A stretch of 64,000 bases of DNA from an uncultured Methanosarcinaceae archaeon (GCA_963727895.1 CAVSHT010000011.1:286299-350298), one strand, 5' to 3'. Counted from the stretch's first letter, positions 41,769 through 53,833 are shown. Numbers and translations are program-made. Notes: a model not told the origin generated them from the sequence alone.

Positions 41769-43198
41769 TCAAGTATGCCAAAACTCCCTTGTAAAGAGTA
41801 CAATCACGGTATAAACCTCAAGCCTGCCTACCCACATATTACCAATAAGAATAATTTTGCCGAGTGATGGAATTGATTCAAAATTTGCCATAGGACCTAC
41901 AATGTTAAATCCTGGACCTATATTTCCAAGAGTAGTTATTGAAGCTGTAACCGAACTGATAATATCAACTCCCAGAAGGGTTAGAAGTATTACGCCAACA
42001 ACAAATACTCCTATATAAAGCACAATAAATGAAAGGATAGACTGTAATATCTCCTCAGGTACTGCTTTATTATTAAACCTGATAGGTCTAACCATCCTTG
42101 GATGAACAAATTTAAAAAGTTATCTTCTTGCATATTTTAACATTAACAAAAAACGCACGACTTTCATTCCACCGCCTGTAGAACCTGCACAGCCCCCAAT
42201 AAACATGACTGCAAGGATCAGAATTTTTGCTGAATCTTTCCATAGATTAAAGTTAGTTGAAGCAAAGCCAGTTGCTGTCATAATGGAAGTTATCTGAAAT
42301 ATAGAATAACGGAAAGAATTGAATGGAGAAAACCCCATATCTTTATAGAGAATTAGTGTCAGTAAACCTGTAAAACTCAGAAGAAATAAAGAATAAGCCC
42401 TGAATTCTTCATCTCGAAAGATAACACCTTTATTGATGTAGATAGCTCGGTAATAAAGAGCAAAATTTGCCCTTGCAACGAACATAAAAAACGTGAGAAT
42501 AAATTATATAATTGAGCTGTTGAAAGCTTCTATTCCTGCATTGTAGGTAGAAAAACCTCCACAAGCCATACAGGCAAATGTGTGGGTAAGAGCATCGTAA
42601 ACAGACATTCTTCCAAACATTAGAGCTCCTACCTCAATAATCGAGATAAGAACATAGAGTGTCCACAGAATCCTTGCAGTTTCCTTAATTCTTGGTTTCA
42701 GTTTATCTTCGGTTGGTCCAGGAGCCTCAGCTCTAAATAACTGGCGACCGGCAACTCCAAGCTTTGGCAGGACTGCTATGAAAAGTACGATTATTCCCAT
42801 GCCTCCGAGCCAGGCAGTGAAAGAACGCCAGAAAAAAAGGCTTCTTGAATAACTTTCAATATCTATTAGAATTGAAGAACCAGTTGAAGTAAAACCAGAC
42901 ATTGTTTCAAAAACAGCATCAATAAAAGAGACTCGTTCAAAAAGAAAAGGAATAGCCCCAAAAACTGCTGCTGCAAGCCAGCTCAAGGCAACGATTGCAA
43001 GTGCCTCTTTCTGCTGCCAATCCTCACGGCCTTTAAAACGCATGAGAAACAAGCTTGCAATTAGCGCTACCAAAAAAGAGATGTAAAGGGTACCAGGGAT
43101 TCTCGATAGTAATAGGCTACTAGAAGAAGAACAAGCATTGTAAAAGCTAGAAGAAACAGAATTTTCCCCAAAGCATTAAAAACAGCTCTATTATTCAT
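41769..43198 (-). pseudogene. trkH: TrkH potassium uptake protein, pseudogene
   Basis: SGFTSTGS, WLGGMGI, GGCAGSTGGGMK, LGNIGPG, GRLE; in-frame TAA at 42504 and 42120 and an N-terminal frameshift. Confidence 0.92.
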
Positions 43199-43537
43199 AA
43201 GAAATCTCCTGTTCTTTTAAATTTACCTGTAAATTTTTAGATTTCTGACGTTGCAGAAGCCATAGAAATAACTGAGGGATCTTCATTCTAAAGCTTCAGT
43301 TTTCTAAAACTTTAGAAAAATTTTATGTAATTTAAAGTTTGTCTACAATGCTAGATGATTATCTGTTTACAGCTAAGTAACCTTGATAATTAAGTATCTA
43401 CTTATATAGATTATTTTGATAGTGCATAATCGTTTTGCATTTACAAAAAATTTTTGCTACTCGCTCAGCAATTAACAGACTATAATTCTGGCATATTCCA
43501 GTATAAACTCACTGAACAGAAATTTAATAAAAAATAA

Positions 43538-44088
43538 GGCTTTGATAATTAACTATAGTTATTTATTATGAGAACCTATATTTTTTCATGAACTGCCCCA
43601 TATGCAATAGTTCCAGTCACAGATGGATAAATAAATTTGGTCCGGAGTTAGAGAACCTAAAAAGCGAAAATGAGATATCTATTGTTGAACTGGATGAAAT
43701 GCACACTTACGTCGGTAACAAAAAAAATATTGCTGGATCTGGATTGCTGTTGATAGAGTTGGGAAAAAGTTCATCAACTGCTCTTTTGATAGCAGAGGAA
43801 CGGAAACTGGAAAACTACTCTGGGAAAAATTGAAGAAAAAAGAGATTGGAGAAGTGATGACAGATCACTGGAGGGCATATGCAGAGTTTCTTCCTGAAAA
43901 GAGTCATACTCAATCAAAAGCAGAAACATTTACAGTTGAGGGATATAACAGCATATTGAGGCATTTTCTAGCAAGATTGAGAAGAAAGGCAAAGTGTTAT
44001 ACAAAAAGTCTTGAAATGCTAAAGTACTCGGTTATTCTATTGATGAAATACAGAAATAAAGAACTAGAGATAGTTAAGTAACAATACC
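43538..44088 (+). mobile_element. IS1-family element, copy 3 (about 190 bp internal deletion in insA)
   Basis: IRs present; flanks AAAAATAA / AAAAATTA (7/8 TSD); insA jumps from SSSH to RWINKFG. Confidence 0.9.
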
Positions 44089-44126
44089 AAAAATTAAATA
44101 GGGTTTAAAATGAATCTAAGCTGAAA

Positions 44127-44181
44127 AACAGGAATAACAGAAGAATATACAGGGAATAAACAGAAGAATATACAGGGAATA
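44127..44181. repeat. Tandem repeat of about 23 bp downstream of dnaJ
   Basis: ACAGGGAATAAACAGAAGAATAT, about 2.5 copies. Confidence 0.7.
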
Positions 44182-44274
44182 CAAATAAACAATATGAATT
44201 ACTATTTAATGAAAATAATAGATCTCTAAAAAGTTAAAACTTCTAAAAGATTAAAATGCAGCTAAAAGCTGCTT

Positions 44275-45438
44275 TTATCCCTCAAAGGCATCCTTTACTT
44301 TCTCAAAAAAACCTTTGTTTTTTCTGTTTTTCTCTGTGGACTCGCTTTTGCCGTTTGGATTTTCGTTTGGATTTTTGCCATTGCTCAGGGATTCAAACTG
44401 ACGAAGAAGCTCTTTTTGTTCATGAGTAAGTTTTGTTGGAGTAGTGATGAAAACTCTTACGAGCTGGTCGCCTTTTCTATTTCCATGCAGATGTGGAATT
44501 CCTTTATCTTTAAGTCTGAATACTGAATGTGTCTGGGTTCCTGCCGGAATATTCATTTTAACTTTTCCATGGAGGGTATCAACCATTACATCCGTTCCAA
44601 GTGCAGCCTGGGCAAAGGAAATTGGAAGCTCGGAAATTACATCGTAATCGACCCTCTTAAAATAGGGATGTTCCTTCACATGAAGCACGACATAAAGATC
44701 TCCAGATGGAGCCCCAGTTTCTCCCGAATCTCCTTCTCCACTTAGCCTCAGGCTCATGCCTGAATCGGCTCCAGCGGGTACGTTTACTGTTATCTTTCTT
44801 GTGTTTCGAACTCTGCCTGTGCCGCTACAAACTGGGCAGGGAGACTCAATAATCTGACCTCTGCCGTGACAGGTGGTACAGTTAGTGGTACTTACAAACT
44901 GCATACCCAATCCGGAACGAGTGGTGTGGATTTGTCCCGTGCCACCGCATGTGGGACAGCGTTTTGGGCTTGTTCCAGGTTTTGCTCCAGTTCCATAACA
45001 ATTTGAGCACCTTTCTGTTCTTGGAATGTCAAGATCTTTACGCACCCCAAAAGCTGCTTCCTCAAAGGTAATGTAAAGATCATACTGGAGATCGGATCCT
45101 CTCCTTGGCCCCATATGACCTCTTTTGCCCCCTCCGCCAAAAAACATATCGAATATGTCTCCAAAACCGCCGAAATCTGCGCCCCGGAAGATATCTTCTG
45201 CACTGTACTGTCCATTTATTCCGGCATGTCCGAAGCGATCATATTGAGCGCGTTTCTCCTCATCTGAAAGAACGGCATAAGCTTCAGAGATCTCCTTGAA
45301 TTTTTCCTCAGCCCCAGCTTCCTTGTTTCTGTCAGGATGATATTTTAACGCAAGTTTTCGATATGTTTTCTTTATTTCCTCGGGTGAGGCTTCTTTGGAT
45401 AATCCAAGAATTTCGTAATAATCTCGTGTTGTGGCCAT
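44275..45438 (-). CDS. dnaJ: Chaperone DnaJ
   Basis: J domain HPD, G/F region, four CxxCxGxG repeats. Confidence 0.98.
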   Translation of the reverse strand: MATTRDYYEILGLSKEASPEEIKKTYRKLALKYHPDRNKEAGAEEKFKEISEAYAVLSDEEKRAQYDRFGHAGINGQYSAEDIFRGADFGGFGDIFDMFFGGGGKRGHMGPRRGSDLQYDLYITFEEAAFGVRKDLDIPRTERCSNCYGTGAKPGTSPKRCPTCGGTGQIHTTRSGLGMQFVSTTNCTTCHGRGQIIESPCPVCSGTGRVRNTRKITVNVPAGADSGMSLRLSGEGDSGETGAPSGDLYVVLHVKEHPYFKRVDYDVISELPISFAQAALGTDVMVDTLHGKVKMNIPAGTQTHSVFRLKDKGIPHLHGNRKGDQLVRVFITTPTKLTHEQKELLRQFESLSNGKNPNENPNGKSESTEKNRKNKGFFEKVKDAFEG

Positions 45439-45500
45439 CAGGATTCCCTGTTATTTTAAAAAAGATAAGCTTCGGAGCCTGCAAAGTCAGGTTTCCGGGA

Positions 45501-45522
45501 AGGCCTGGGAATCTCCAGGCCT
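45501..45522. terminator. Hairpin between dnaK and dnaJ
   Basis: AGGCCTGG-GAATCT-CCAGGCCT. Confidence 0.45.
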
Positions 45523-45543
45523 GTTTTATTACTTGGTTTTTGT

Positions 45544-47394
45544 TTATTTACGTTTTTCGTCATCAACTACCTCATAATCAGCATCAACTACCGTGTCATC
45601 AGGACCTTTTGCATCTGCGCTTCCTGCTTCGCCTGCAGCCTGCTGAGCCTCCTGGGATTTCTGGTACATTGCAGTGGAGATTGGGTATACAGCTTCCTGA
45701 AGAGCTTCGGTTTTTGACTTAATTGCTTCATTATCCGTGCCTTCAAGAGCTTTCTTCAGGTCTTCGATTGCCGCATTTACCTTTGACTTCTGATCTTCGG
45801 TAGCCACATCTGCGGCTTCCTTCAAAGTCTTTTCCGCAGCATTAATCAAAGCTTCAGCATTGTTTCTGTTCTCGACTTCTTCTTTGCGCTTTTTATCTTC
45901 TTCAGCATGCAATTCTGCGTCTTTGACCATGCGCTCGATTTCATCATCCGAGAGTCCGCCTGGTTTCTGGATGGAAATAGACTGTTCCTTGCCGGTTCCG
46001 AGGTCTTTTGCACCTACATGCAGGATCCCATTTGCGTCGATATCAAATGTGACTTCGATTTGTGGGATGCCTCTTGGAGCCGGAGGAATGCCATCCAGAG
46101 TAAAGCGACCGAGAGTTTTATTTTCGGAAGCAACTCCCCTTTCTCCCTGAAGGACATGAATCTCTACAGACGGCTGGTTATCAGCGGCAGTTGAGAATAC
46201 CTGGCTTTTCTTGGTTGGAATTGTCGTGTTTCTTTGGATAAGTGGGGTTGCTATACCTCCAAGCGTTTCGATTCCGAGTGTTAGAGGAGTGACATCAAGC
46301 AGCAGAACATCTTTTACTTCACCACCAAGCACACCGGCCTGAATGGCTGCCCCAATTGCGACTGCTTCATCAGGATTGATGTTCTTGTAGGGTTTTTTGC
46401 CAGTAAAGTTCTCTACAAGGTCGACTACTGCAGGCATCCTTGTAGAGCCTCCGACCAGAATTACTTTCTCGAGATCGTTTGGTGTAAGCTTTGCATCGCT
46501 TAGAGCCTGGCGCATAGATACGAGAGTCTTTTCAAGAAGATCCTCGGTCATCTTCTGGAACTGAGCTCTGGTCAAGTCGACATCAAGGTGCTTTGGTTCC
46601 CCATCAGGGCCAACTGTAAGGAAAGGAAGGTTGATATTTGTACTTGCAACTCCGGATAACTCAATCTTGGCTTTTTCCGCAGCATCAGTTAAACGCTGGA
46701 GTACAGCCTTGTCTTTGGAGAGATCAATTCCTTCGGTTTTCCTGAACTCGGCAAGTAAATAGTTAACTATACGCTGATCGAAGTCGTCTCCTCCAAGGCG
46801 GGTATCACCACTTGTGGATTTTACCTCAAAGACTCCACCGCCAAGTTCGAGAATAGACACATCAAAGGTTCCGCCTCCAAGATCGTAGACAAGAATTGTT
46901 TGTTCCACGTTTCCTTTGTCGAGTCCGTAGGCAAGAGATGCAGCAGTTGGCTCATTGATAATTCTCAGAACATCAAGGCCTGCAATTGCCCCTGCATCTT
47001 TTGTAGCCTGCCTCTGAGCATCATTAAAATAAGCAGGAACTGTAATTACAGCTTGTTTGAGAGTCTCTCCGAGATAAGCTTCTGCATCAGTTTTGAGCTT
47101 CTGGAGAATCATAGCTGAAATTTCCTGCGGTGTATATTGCTTTCCTTGCAGAGTTACCTTGTAATTGGCATCTCCCATATGTCTCTTAATCGAATAAACA
47201 GTATTTTCAGGATTTGAAACGGCCTGTCTCTTTGCAACCTGACCTACGAGTTTCTCTCCTTTTTTGGAAAATCCAACTACTGACGGAGTTGTCCTGGCTC
47301 CTTCAGCATTAGGAATTACTACAGCTTCCCCGCCTTCCATTACTGCCATGCATGAGTTAGTAGTACCAAGGTCAATACCCAGTATTTTTGCCAT
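45544..47394 (-). CDS. dnaK: Chaperone DnaK (Hsp70)
   Basis: [35 protein letters not shown]. Confidence 0.99.
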   Translation of the reverse strand: MAKILGIDLGTTNSCMAVMEGGEAVVIPNAEGARTTPSVVGFSKKGEKLVGQVAKRQAVSNPENTVYSIKRHMGDANYKVTLQGKQYTPQEISAMILQKLKTDAEAYLGETLKQAVITVPAYFNDAQRQATKDAGAIAGLDVLRIINEPTAASLAYGLDKGNVEQTILVYDLGGGTFDVSILELGGGVFEVKSTSGDTRLGGDDFDQRIVNYLLAEFRKTEGIDLSKDKAVLQRLTDAAEKAKIELSGVASTNINLPFLTVGPDGEPKHLDVDLTRAQFQKMTEDLLEKTLVSMRQALSDAKLTPNDLEKVILVGGSTRMPAVVDLVENFTGKKPYKNINPDEAVAIGAAIQAGVLGGEVKDVLLLDVTPLTLGIETLGGIATPLIQRNTTIPTKKSQVFSTAADNQPSVEIHVLQGERGVASENKTLGRFTLDGIPPAPRGIPQIEVTFDIDANGILHVGAKDLGTGKEQSISIQKPGGLSDDEIERMVKDAELHAEEDKKRKEEVENRNNAEALINAAEKTLKEAADVATEDQKSKVNAAIEDLKKALEGTDNEAIKSKTEALQEAVYPISTAMYQKSQEAQQAAGEAGSADAKGPDDTVVDADYEVVDDEKRK

Positions 47395-47559
47395 GTTATA
47401 TCCTCACTAGACTACCTTGTAAATCTTTATTAAATTCTTAACAAATTCTATATGTAGGTTTATTAAGATTATTTATAAAGTTGTTTGGTATCTTTTCTAT
47501 TTAATAAAGTGTTAAGAGTAATATTAATAATTTTTTAATAATTTTTTAACTGATGATCT

Positions 47560-48195
47560 TCAGTAGTTTTCGTTTTCATCAGGATTTTTGGCTACTGAAA
47601 CCATAGCAGGCCTGATTACTTTTGAATTTAGAGCATACCCGGGCTTATAGACTTCCACTATTGTATTGTCCGGAACTTCAGAGGTCTCGATGTGTTGAAT
47701 AGCCTCGTGTTTATGAGGGTCAAACTCACTGGCTTTCTCACTCTTTATTTTTTCAAGTCCGTATTTTTCCAGGATTGAAAAAAACTGTCTTGAAAGCTGT
47801 TCTATTCCACTGACGATCGAGTTTATATCTTCTGCCGTCTTTGCAGATTTAACTGCGCGATCGAAATTGTCCGTTACTTCAAGAAAGTCAAGAATTACTT
47901 GCTCAAGTACAGCTTTTCGACTATCCTCAATCTGGCGGACGGTCCGTTTTCTGTAATTGTCAAAGTCTGCTGCAAGCCGGAAAAGTTGGTCCTTAAGAAT
48001 CTGGTTCTCTTCTTTGCATATGGCTTCAGGGCTTTTCTCAGCTTCCGAACTGGCAGAAACCTCTTCTGGATTAACACATGCTTCGTTAGCTTCTTTCGTT
48101 GAAGAGCCAGAATTCTGGATGTCAGGATCTTCAGCTCCAGTCTGGGTATCTTTTTTAGAATCTGAATTTTGATCTTTATTAAATATTTTCATCAA
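47560..48195 (-). CDS. grpE: Nucleotide exchange factor GrpE
   Basis: RLAADFDNYRKR, FDPHKHEA, GY.L..KVIRPAMVSV. Confidence 0.97.
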   Translation of the reverse strand: MMKIFNKDQNSDSKKDTQTGAEDPDIQNSGSSTKEANEACVNPEEVSASSEAEKSPEAICKEENQILKDQLFRLAADFDNYRKRTVRQIEDSRKAVLEQVILDFLEVTDNFDRAVKSAKTAEDINSIVSGIEQLSRQFFSILEKYGLEKIKSEKASEFDPHKHEAIQHIETSEVPDNTIVEVYKPGYALNSKVIRPAMVSVAKNPDENENY

Positions 48196-48321
48196 TCGAT
48201 CCCCATTAAGTAATTATAACGGTTTCGCTCGTCCTGATCTGTGATTGTTTGTAATTCTATAAATACTTTTTCCGTGTTTGGCGGATGTATCATTCAAATA
48301 AAGAAAAGAAAAAAAGAAAAA

Positions 48322-48780
48322 TCAGTAAAAGTGATTTTGAAGTTTATATGAGAGTATTTTAAGTATTACAATACTTGCAATCATAGAGGCTGCAACTGCT
48401 GAAATTACCTGATCCCACCCGATGAGTGAGATTCCTCCTCCAAGTGCAAACTGCACGCCTCCTACAAGCGATACAAATACAAAAGAAAAACCAAAGCCTG
48501 CAAAAGCTCCTCCTATAAGGGAGCTGAGAGTATCCAGTCCATTCCTCTCATAAAAAACAATGCCTGCAATAAACATCACTGCAAAGATTAAGAGGACGAC
48601 TGCAGAGGGCAATGGGCTATCTTTTGTTGAAAAAATCTCAAAGAGCCCAAGACCCATATCAACTAGGAATATGCCCATGAAAACCGCCATAGAAAGGGTT
48701 TTCACAAACTGGCTTTCATATATCGATTGAGAATTAGGATTTCTGCTGTTAATAATACCAGGCACCTTTCTACTTTTCAA
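48322..48780 (-). CDS. Hypothetical membrane protein upstream of grpE
   Basis: 152 aa, about 4 TM segments; start uncertain. Confidence 0.7.
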   Translation of the reverse strand: MKSRKVPGIINSRNPNSQSIYESQFVKTLSMAVFMGIFLVDMGLGLFEIFSTKDSPLPSAVVLLIFAVMFIAGIVFYERNGLDTLSSLIGGAFAGFGFSFVFVSLVGGVQFALGGGISLIGWDQVISAVAASMIASIVILKILSYKLQNHFY

Positions 48781-48890
48781 TGTTTAACTTTTGAAGTATA
48801 AATGATATTGTTTATATAAACTTTTACATATTGAAATTAGTTTTTAATTCCAGGTTTTGTTCCTCAATCTTTGTGCTTGTTGATCAAAAT

Positions 48891-48978
48891 CGTTGCGTCG
48901 GTTTATCACGCCACTGCTAAGGTTTTCGATCAAACATTTTCTCAAAAGGTTTGCGCTCAAGCCTTTTTTAAAAGGATT
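48891..48978. repeat. Dispersed intergenic palindromic repeat, copy 2
   Basis: CGTTGCGTCGGTTTATCACGCC ... CGCTCAAGCCTTTTTTAAAAGG. Confidence 0.6.
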
Positions 48979-49023
48979 ACTTAACAAAAAGGAATATATA
49001 AATGACCTGTTTTTTCATTTCCA

Positions 49024-49983
49024 ATGAAAATCCTGATAGCAGAATTTGCTGTCGGCACAGATATCGAACAATCGCTTATACCTGAAGGGGCAGCTATGCT
49101 AAAAACCCTTGCAGAAAGCTTTGTTCGTCTTGAGCATGAAGTATACTACCCATCTGCAAGTACGAAAATCTGTGCAGGCACGCGCATTGAATCTACAGCA
49201 GAAAATTTTAGGCAGCTAATTGAGAGTAAAGCAAAAGCCTGTGATGCTGGGATAATTATTGCCCCTGATTCCATGCTTCCAGAGCTGAATAAAATCCTTG
49301 AGGAAAATACTGTAAACCTTGGATGTTCTCCTCAGTCAGCCGCCTGCTGTGCAGATAAGTTTCTCTGTACGGAAATCCTGAAGAAAGCTGGAATTAAGGC
49401 TCCTGAAATCGTAGAAAAAGCTGAAGACGGAAAGAAGTATGTCACAAAGCCCAGATCAGGCTGTGGAGCAGAGGCAACACACTTAGTTACAGCTTTTGAA
49501 AATGAAGAAGGATTCATTGCAAGCGAGTATATTGAAGGAACACATCTGAGTGTCAGCCTTATTGCAGGAAAAAAACCGCTTCCTCTTGCTGTAAACCGCC
49601 AGTTCATAGAATTTAATGAAACAGAAGTCAAAACTAAAGAAAACGGGGAAACAGGGGTTTCTGAAATAAAATATAACGGAAGCCTTACTCCTTACCAGAC
49701 TTCAAGGCAAGAGGAAATCTATGAAACTGCAATCTCCACAGTTAAATGCCTGGACTGTTTTGGGTATGTGGGTGTAGACATCATACTTTCTGACCTTCCT
49801 TATGTAGTGGATGTAAACCCTAGACCTACGGCTTCTCTTTTTGGAATTAGTCATGTTATGCAAGAGGAAATCGGGGATTTGCTTTTGAAAAATAAATTTG
49901 GAAAACTGCCTGAATCGGTACATCTCGAAGGAGAGTACCGCTTCTCAAAGGATGCATTGGACGAGCTTTTCGGAAGAGCTTAA
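49024..49983 (+). CDS. mfnD: ATP-grasp ligase, tyramine--L-glutamate ligase (methanofuran biosynthesis)
   Basis: EGAAML, IIAPD, KPRSGCGA, GYVGVD, DVNPRPT; clustered with mfnF and mfnE. Confidence 0.8.
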   Translation: MKILIAEFAVGTDIEQSLIPEGAAMLKTLAESFVRLEHEVYYPSASTKICAGTRIESTAENFRQLIESKAKACDAGIIIAPDSMLPELNKILEENTVNLGCSPQSAACCADKFLCTEILKKAGIKAPEIVEKAEDGKKYVTKPRSGCGAEATHLVTAFENEEGFIASEYIEGTHLSVSLIAGKKPLPLAVNRQFIEFNETEVKTKENGETGVSEIKYNGSLTPYQTSRQEEIYETAISTVKCLDCFGYVGVDIILSDLPYVVDVNPRPTASLFGISHVMQEEIGDLLLKNKFGKLPESVHLEGEYRFSKDALDELFGRA

Positions 49984-50049
49984 TAGGATTGAAAAGCCAG
50001 AAAAGAGAAGAATACAAGAAAACTTGAAATATAGATAAAGGGCTTAAAA

Positions 50050-51024
50050 ATGAATTCAAAGATTATCGGGCTTGATATTGGAGGAGCAAATACCAAACTT
50101 GCCTCTTCGGATGGAACAATTGTAGAACTACATTACTTGCCTCTCTGGAAGAATACACGTCTTCCGGAGGTCTTAAAGGAAATTGCACAGCGGTTACAGC
50201 CCGAAAAAGTTGCTGTTGTTATGACCGGTGAGCTTGCAGATTGCTTTGAAGATAAGGAACAGGGAATCTGTTTTATAAAGTCATCTATTTATTCTGCTTT
50301 TGGATCTTCAATTGTGTCTTACATAAATAATGTAGGAAAGTTCCAGAGCGAGGTTGACAATATAAGGGAACTTGCTGCTGCAAACTGGGCGGCCTCTGCC
50401 TGGTTGATAGGAAACGAGGTCGGAGACTGTATTTTTGTAGATGTGGGAAGTACAACAAGCGATATTATTCCTATAGTGTCAGGTGAACATAAAGCCGGAA
50501 CTACTGACTTTGAGCGGTTGCTAAGGAGCGAGCTCGTTTATGCTGGCACTCTACGAACAAACCTTGCAGCACTCCTTGAAAAAATAAAGCTTGAAAAGGG
50601 CTGGTGCAGGACGGCTTCTGAACTTTTTGCTACAACTGCGGACGCTTATCTTCTTCTCGGAAAGATAAATGAAAGTATGTATACATGTGAAACCGCAGAT
50701 GGAGCAGGTCGTAGCAAAACCGATGCGATGCGCAGGCTTGCAAGGCTGGTATGTGCTGACCTTTCTGAAATACAAGAAGAAGAAATCTATGAAATTGCTA
50801 GTCAGGTAAAAGAAAAACAGGTTTCTGTCCTTGTGGAAGAGATCTCCGAAGTTGCGAAAAAGAATGGACTTAATAAAATTGCATCTGCGGGCCTTGGAGA
50901 ATTTCTAATAAAAGAAGCTGCAGAAAAGCTTGGTTTTGAATGTGTTTCTGTATCCGAACTTTGGGGAGAAAAAATCTCAAAAGTCTTTCCAGCATATGCA
51001 GCTGCCAGGATGCTCGATATCTAA
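50050..51024 (+). CDS. mfnF: Hydantoinase-A-like methanofuran biosynthesis protein
   Basis: GLDIGGANTK, VMTGELADCF, AAANW, DVGSTTSDIIP, RLARLVCAD. Confidence 0.85.
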   Translation: MNSKIIGLDIGGANTKLASSDGTIVELHYLPLWKNTRLPEVLKEIAQRLQPEKVAVVMTGELADCFEDKEQGICFIKSSIYSAFGSSIVSYINNVGKFQSEVDNIRELAAANWAASAWLIGNEVGDCIFVDVGSTTSDIIPIVSGEHKAGTTDFERLLRSELVYAGTLRTNLAALLEKIKLEKGWCRTASELFATTADAYLLLGKINESMYTCETADGAGRSKTDAMRRLARLVCADLSEIQEEEIYEIASQVKEKQVSVLVEEISEVAKKNGLNKIASAGLGEFLIKEAAEKLGFECVSVSELWGEKISKVFPAYAAARMLDI

Positions 51025-51055
51025 AACACAAGTCTTTTCATAAAAACTGCTTGAC

Positions 51056-51177
51056 CGCAAGCCTTTTTAAAAAAAGCTTGAGCGAAAAATCCCTACTTTG
51101 GATCCCTTCTTTGGGCCTTTGGTCAAGCTTTCCTTCGGAAAGGTTGTGGGCAAGCTATTCCATGAAAAGGTTGTGGT
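51056..51177. repeat. Dispersed intergenic palindromic repeat, copy 3 (reversed, with degenerate hairpins)
   Basis: CAAGCCTTTTTAAAAAAAGCTTGAGCGAAAA plus two CAAGCT...AAAGGTTGTGG units. Confidence 0.55.
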
Positions 51178-51213
51178 AAGGTTTTGAGGTAAATAAATAG
51201 AGGTGAAGCATCT

Positions 51214-51909
51214 GTGGATGAAGAACCTGATAGGAAACCTATAAGAGTGGTAATTAAAATAGGGGGAAGCCTTATCAAAGAGGCTCCAGAGCTTGTGGGC
51301 AGGCTGGTAACAGAATTTAATACAGAAAATCCGAAAATTACAAATGAAAAACATTTATCTGAAAGTTTACCTTTTTCCATTCTCATTGTACCAGGAGGAG
51401 GAGTTTTTGCTGATGCCGTAAGAGAGACAGATGAGAGTTTTTCTCTTAGTGACGATGCAGCTCACTGGATGGCTATACTGGGTATGGAGCAGTATGCTTG
51501 CTATCTTCAGGATAAGAGCAGAGTCATGGCTATAGATTCGGTAGCAAACCTGCCTCAGGGTGTTTCTCTTCTTTTCCCATACAAACTCCTGAGAAACAAA
51601 GATCTGCTACCTCATACTTGGGAAGTAACCTCTGATACTATCGCTGCCTGGGTTGCAAAGGAGGTTGGAGCAGCACTAATAAAGGCCACCGATGTAGATG
51701 GCATATTGAGGAACGGAAAATTAGTCAGAGAAATTTCTGCTGCTAGCTGTACAGGGAATCACGTAAGCTGTATTGATTCTGCCCTGCCAGGATTTCTTTT
51801 GAAAAATCGAATGCAATGCCTGATCGTAAACGGGAAATTTTCGGATAGAGTTATTCAAGCTGTATATGGAAAACCTGTATTAAGTACTGTGGTAAAGGGG
51901 AATATTTAA
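51214..51909 (+). CDS. mfnE: Amino-acid-kinase family protein (methanofuran pathway kinase)
   Basis: KIGGSL, VPGGGVFAD, AHWMAI, PHTWEVTSDTIA, KATDVDG. Confidence 0.8.
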   Translation: MDEEPDRKPIRVVIKIGGSLIKEAPELVGRLVTEFNTENPKITNEKHLSESLPFSILIVPGGGVFADAVRETDESFSLSDDAAHWMAILGMEQYACYLQDKSRVMAIDSVANLPQGVSLLFPYKLLRNKDLLPHTWEVTSDTIAAWVAKEVGAALIKATDVDGILRNGKLVREISAASCTGNHVSCIDSALPGFLLKNRMQCLIVNGKFSDRVIQAVYGKPVLSTVVKGNI

Positions 51910-52077
51910 ATTGTATATCGTATATGACTAGGGCAGAAGCAAAGCATATCCAAAAGCATTAATTCAATTCAGTTCATTTAGTCTGCTAATGTTAACAAAG
52001 GTGTCAGAAAGCAGAAGTTTGATGCTAAAGGAAGGCATCTTATTCACCGGTAACTCGTTACAAAATTAACTACTTAA

Positions 52078-52275
<198 letters not shown>

Positions 52276-52365
52276 TTCAGGTAAAATCCAAAGTATTTAA
52301 TCTATTAATGTGACAGAATAAAATCTATATAAATTTCAAATCAAAGTCTTAGAGGGAGAATCAGA

Positions 52366-52635
52366 ATGGGTGATGTTGCAGCAAAAATTAAAATTATGCC
52401 CGAAAGCATTGATACCGACCTTGCAGAGCTGAAAGAGAAACTTAAAAGTGTAATTCCAGCAGGGGCCGATCTTCATGGAGATATTGTTGAAGAGCCTATT
52501 GCTTTTGGTTTGAAGGCTCTGATTGTGACATTAATTGTTAACGACGAAGAAGGCGGAACTGAAGCTGTAGAAGAAGCCTTTGCAAAAACTTCGGGCGTTG
52601 AAAACGTTCAGGTTATGGACGTATATCGTATTTAA
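52366..52635 (+). CDS. ef1b: Archaeal elongation factor 1-beta
   Basis: [14 protein letters not shown]...[11 protein letters not shown]. Confidence 0.95.
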   Translation: MGDVAAKIKIMPESIDTDLAELKEKLKSVIPAGADLHGDIVEEPIAFGLKALIVTLIVNDEEGGTEAVEEAFAKTSGVENVQVMDVYRI

Positions 52636-52700
52636 GAGGAGAAGAAAACCGGACAATGTGTCCGGAAAAACCAAATTTTCATATTCTCCTTTCTTAATAT

Positions 52701-52772
52701 GGGCTTGTAGATCAGGGGTAGATCGTTACGTTCGCAACGTAAAGGCCGCGGGTTCAAATCCCGCCGAGTCCA
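52701..52772 (+). tRNA. tRNA-Ala(CGC), no intron, CCA not encoded
   Basis: Acceptor GGGCTTG/CGAGTCC-A with G3:U70; anticodon arm TTACG-TTCGCAA-CGTAA; T arm GCGGG-TTCAAAT-CCCGC. Confidence 0.95.
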
Positions 52773-53219
52773 CTTAAAAACATTAATAGTTCTAATAAGT
52801 ACTACTTTTTCAAATTCTGTTTTACACTTTCCGAAGATTTGAAAAACAGGTAATAACTAAAAACTGTTATCTTTTTTTCTTATAATGGCTGAATAAGCAA
52901 AAAAATATAACAAAAAACGGGCTTATTTCCAGTCTCCCCATTGAGTTTTTCGAGTATTACCAGGATTAACTTTAGACTTATTTTGAAAGAGCCTGGACTT
53001 GCCTCTCAATAACAGAATATTTGCTCTTGAATATGGTAATTGGGTATGTTATATGCTTGAAGGCTTTAACGATTACAGCTCTGCAAAGACGGAAGAAAAG
53101 AAGAAAGCGAAAAAGGGCAGGAAAAGTTAGTAAACGATGATGGTATCATAAAATAATAGGCTTTAGCATTGATTTAAAAAGTTGGTTGTAAGGTGGTTCA
53201 CAAGGTTTGCTCTTCACCT

Positions 53220-53400
53220 ATGAAGTCTATTACAGGATCAAGTTTGAAGCTGTCCTGAATTGACTCCATTTTACAGATACGCGTTAATGAAGTCTATTAC
53301 GGGACAGGTTTGAAGCTGTCCTAAATTTGCTTCATTTTACAGATACGCGTAATGAAGTCTATTACAGGATCAGATTTCAAGTTGTCCTGAATTTACTCCA
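53220..53400. repeat. Three tandem 65-67 bp hairpin-forming units
   Basis: ATGAAGTCTATTAC starts at 53220, 53287, 53352. Confidence 0.9.
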
Positions 53401-53833
53401 CAGATTACTCCCTTATGAACCAATCAATAGTATGTTGATATTATTATAAAAAACCATCGATTTATAGGGATTTTTTAATTAGTTCTCATATTTAATGGTA
53501 ATACCAAAACCTGGTCACCTACAGGTACTTTTTCGATTTGATTTTTTAGAATTGACAGCGAAAGGAGTTTTTCTAAGGAGTTTCTCTACAATCTTTGAGA
53601 TGCCAATCCAAAAGGTAAACTCTAATACATTGGCAATTAATTTAAGAATTTTAAAGAAATTAGCGCCGTGTAGAGAGCGAATTTTCTTTGAGATCCTGTA
53701 ATATTCTTTCGATTTTAGAAACTGAGTCAAAATCAGAGTAATTTCAACAAAGAAATCAAAGACTATACTCTAAGAGTATAATATATTTCTCCAGAATAGT
53801 AATGTTTATTTTTATTTAGAGCCGATTAATTTC

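Noticed and set aside
30325..44088. Composite transposon carrying the K+ cluster between IS1 copies 2 and 3
   Set aside because: Outer flanks do not form a TSD, copy 3 has its own near-perfect TSD, and the copies are diverged
53220..53400. CRISPR array
   Set aside because: Units are similar along their whole length with no unique spacers, and there are no cas genes in the window
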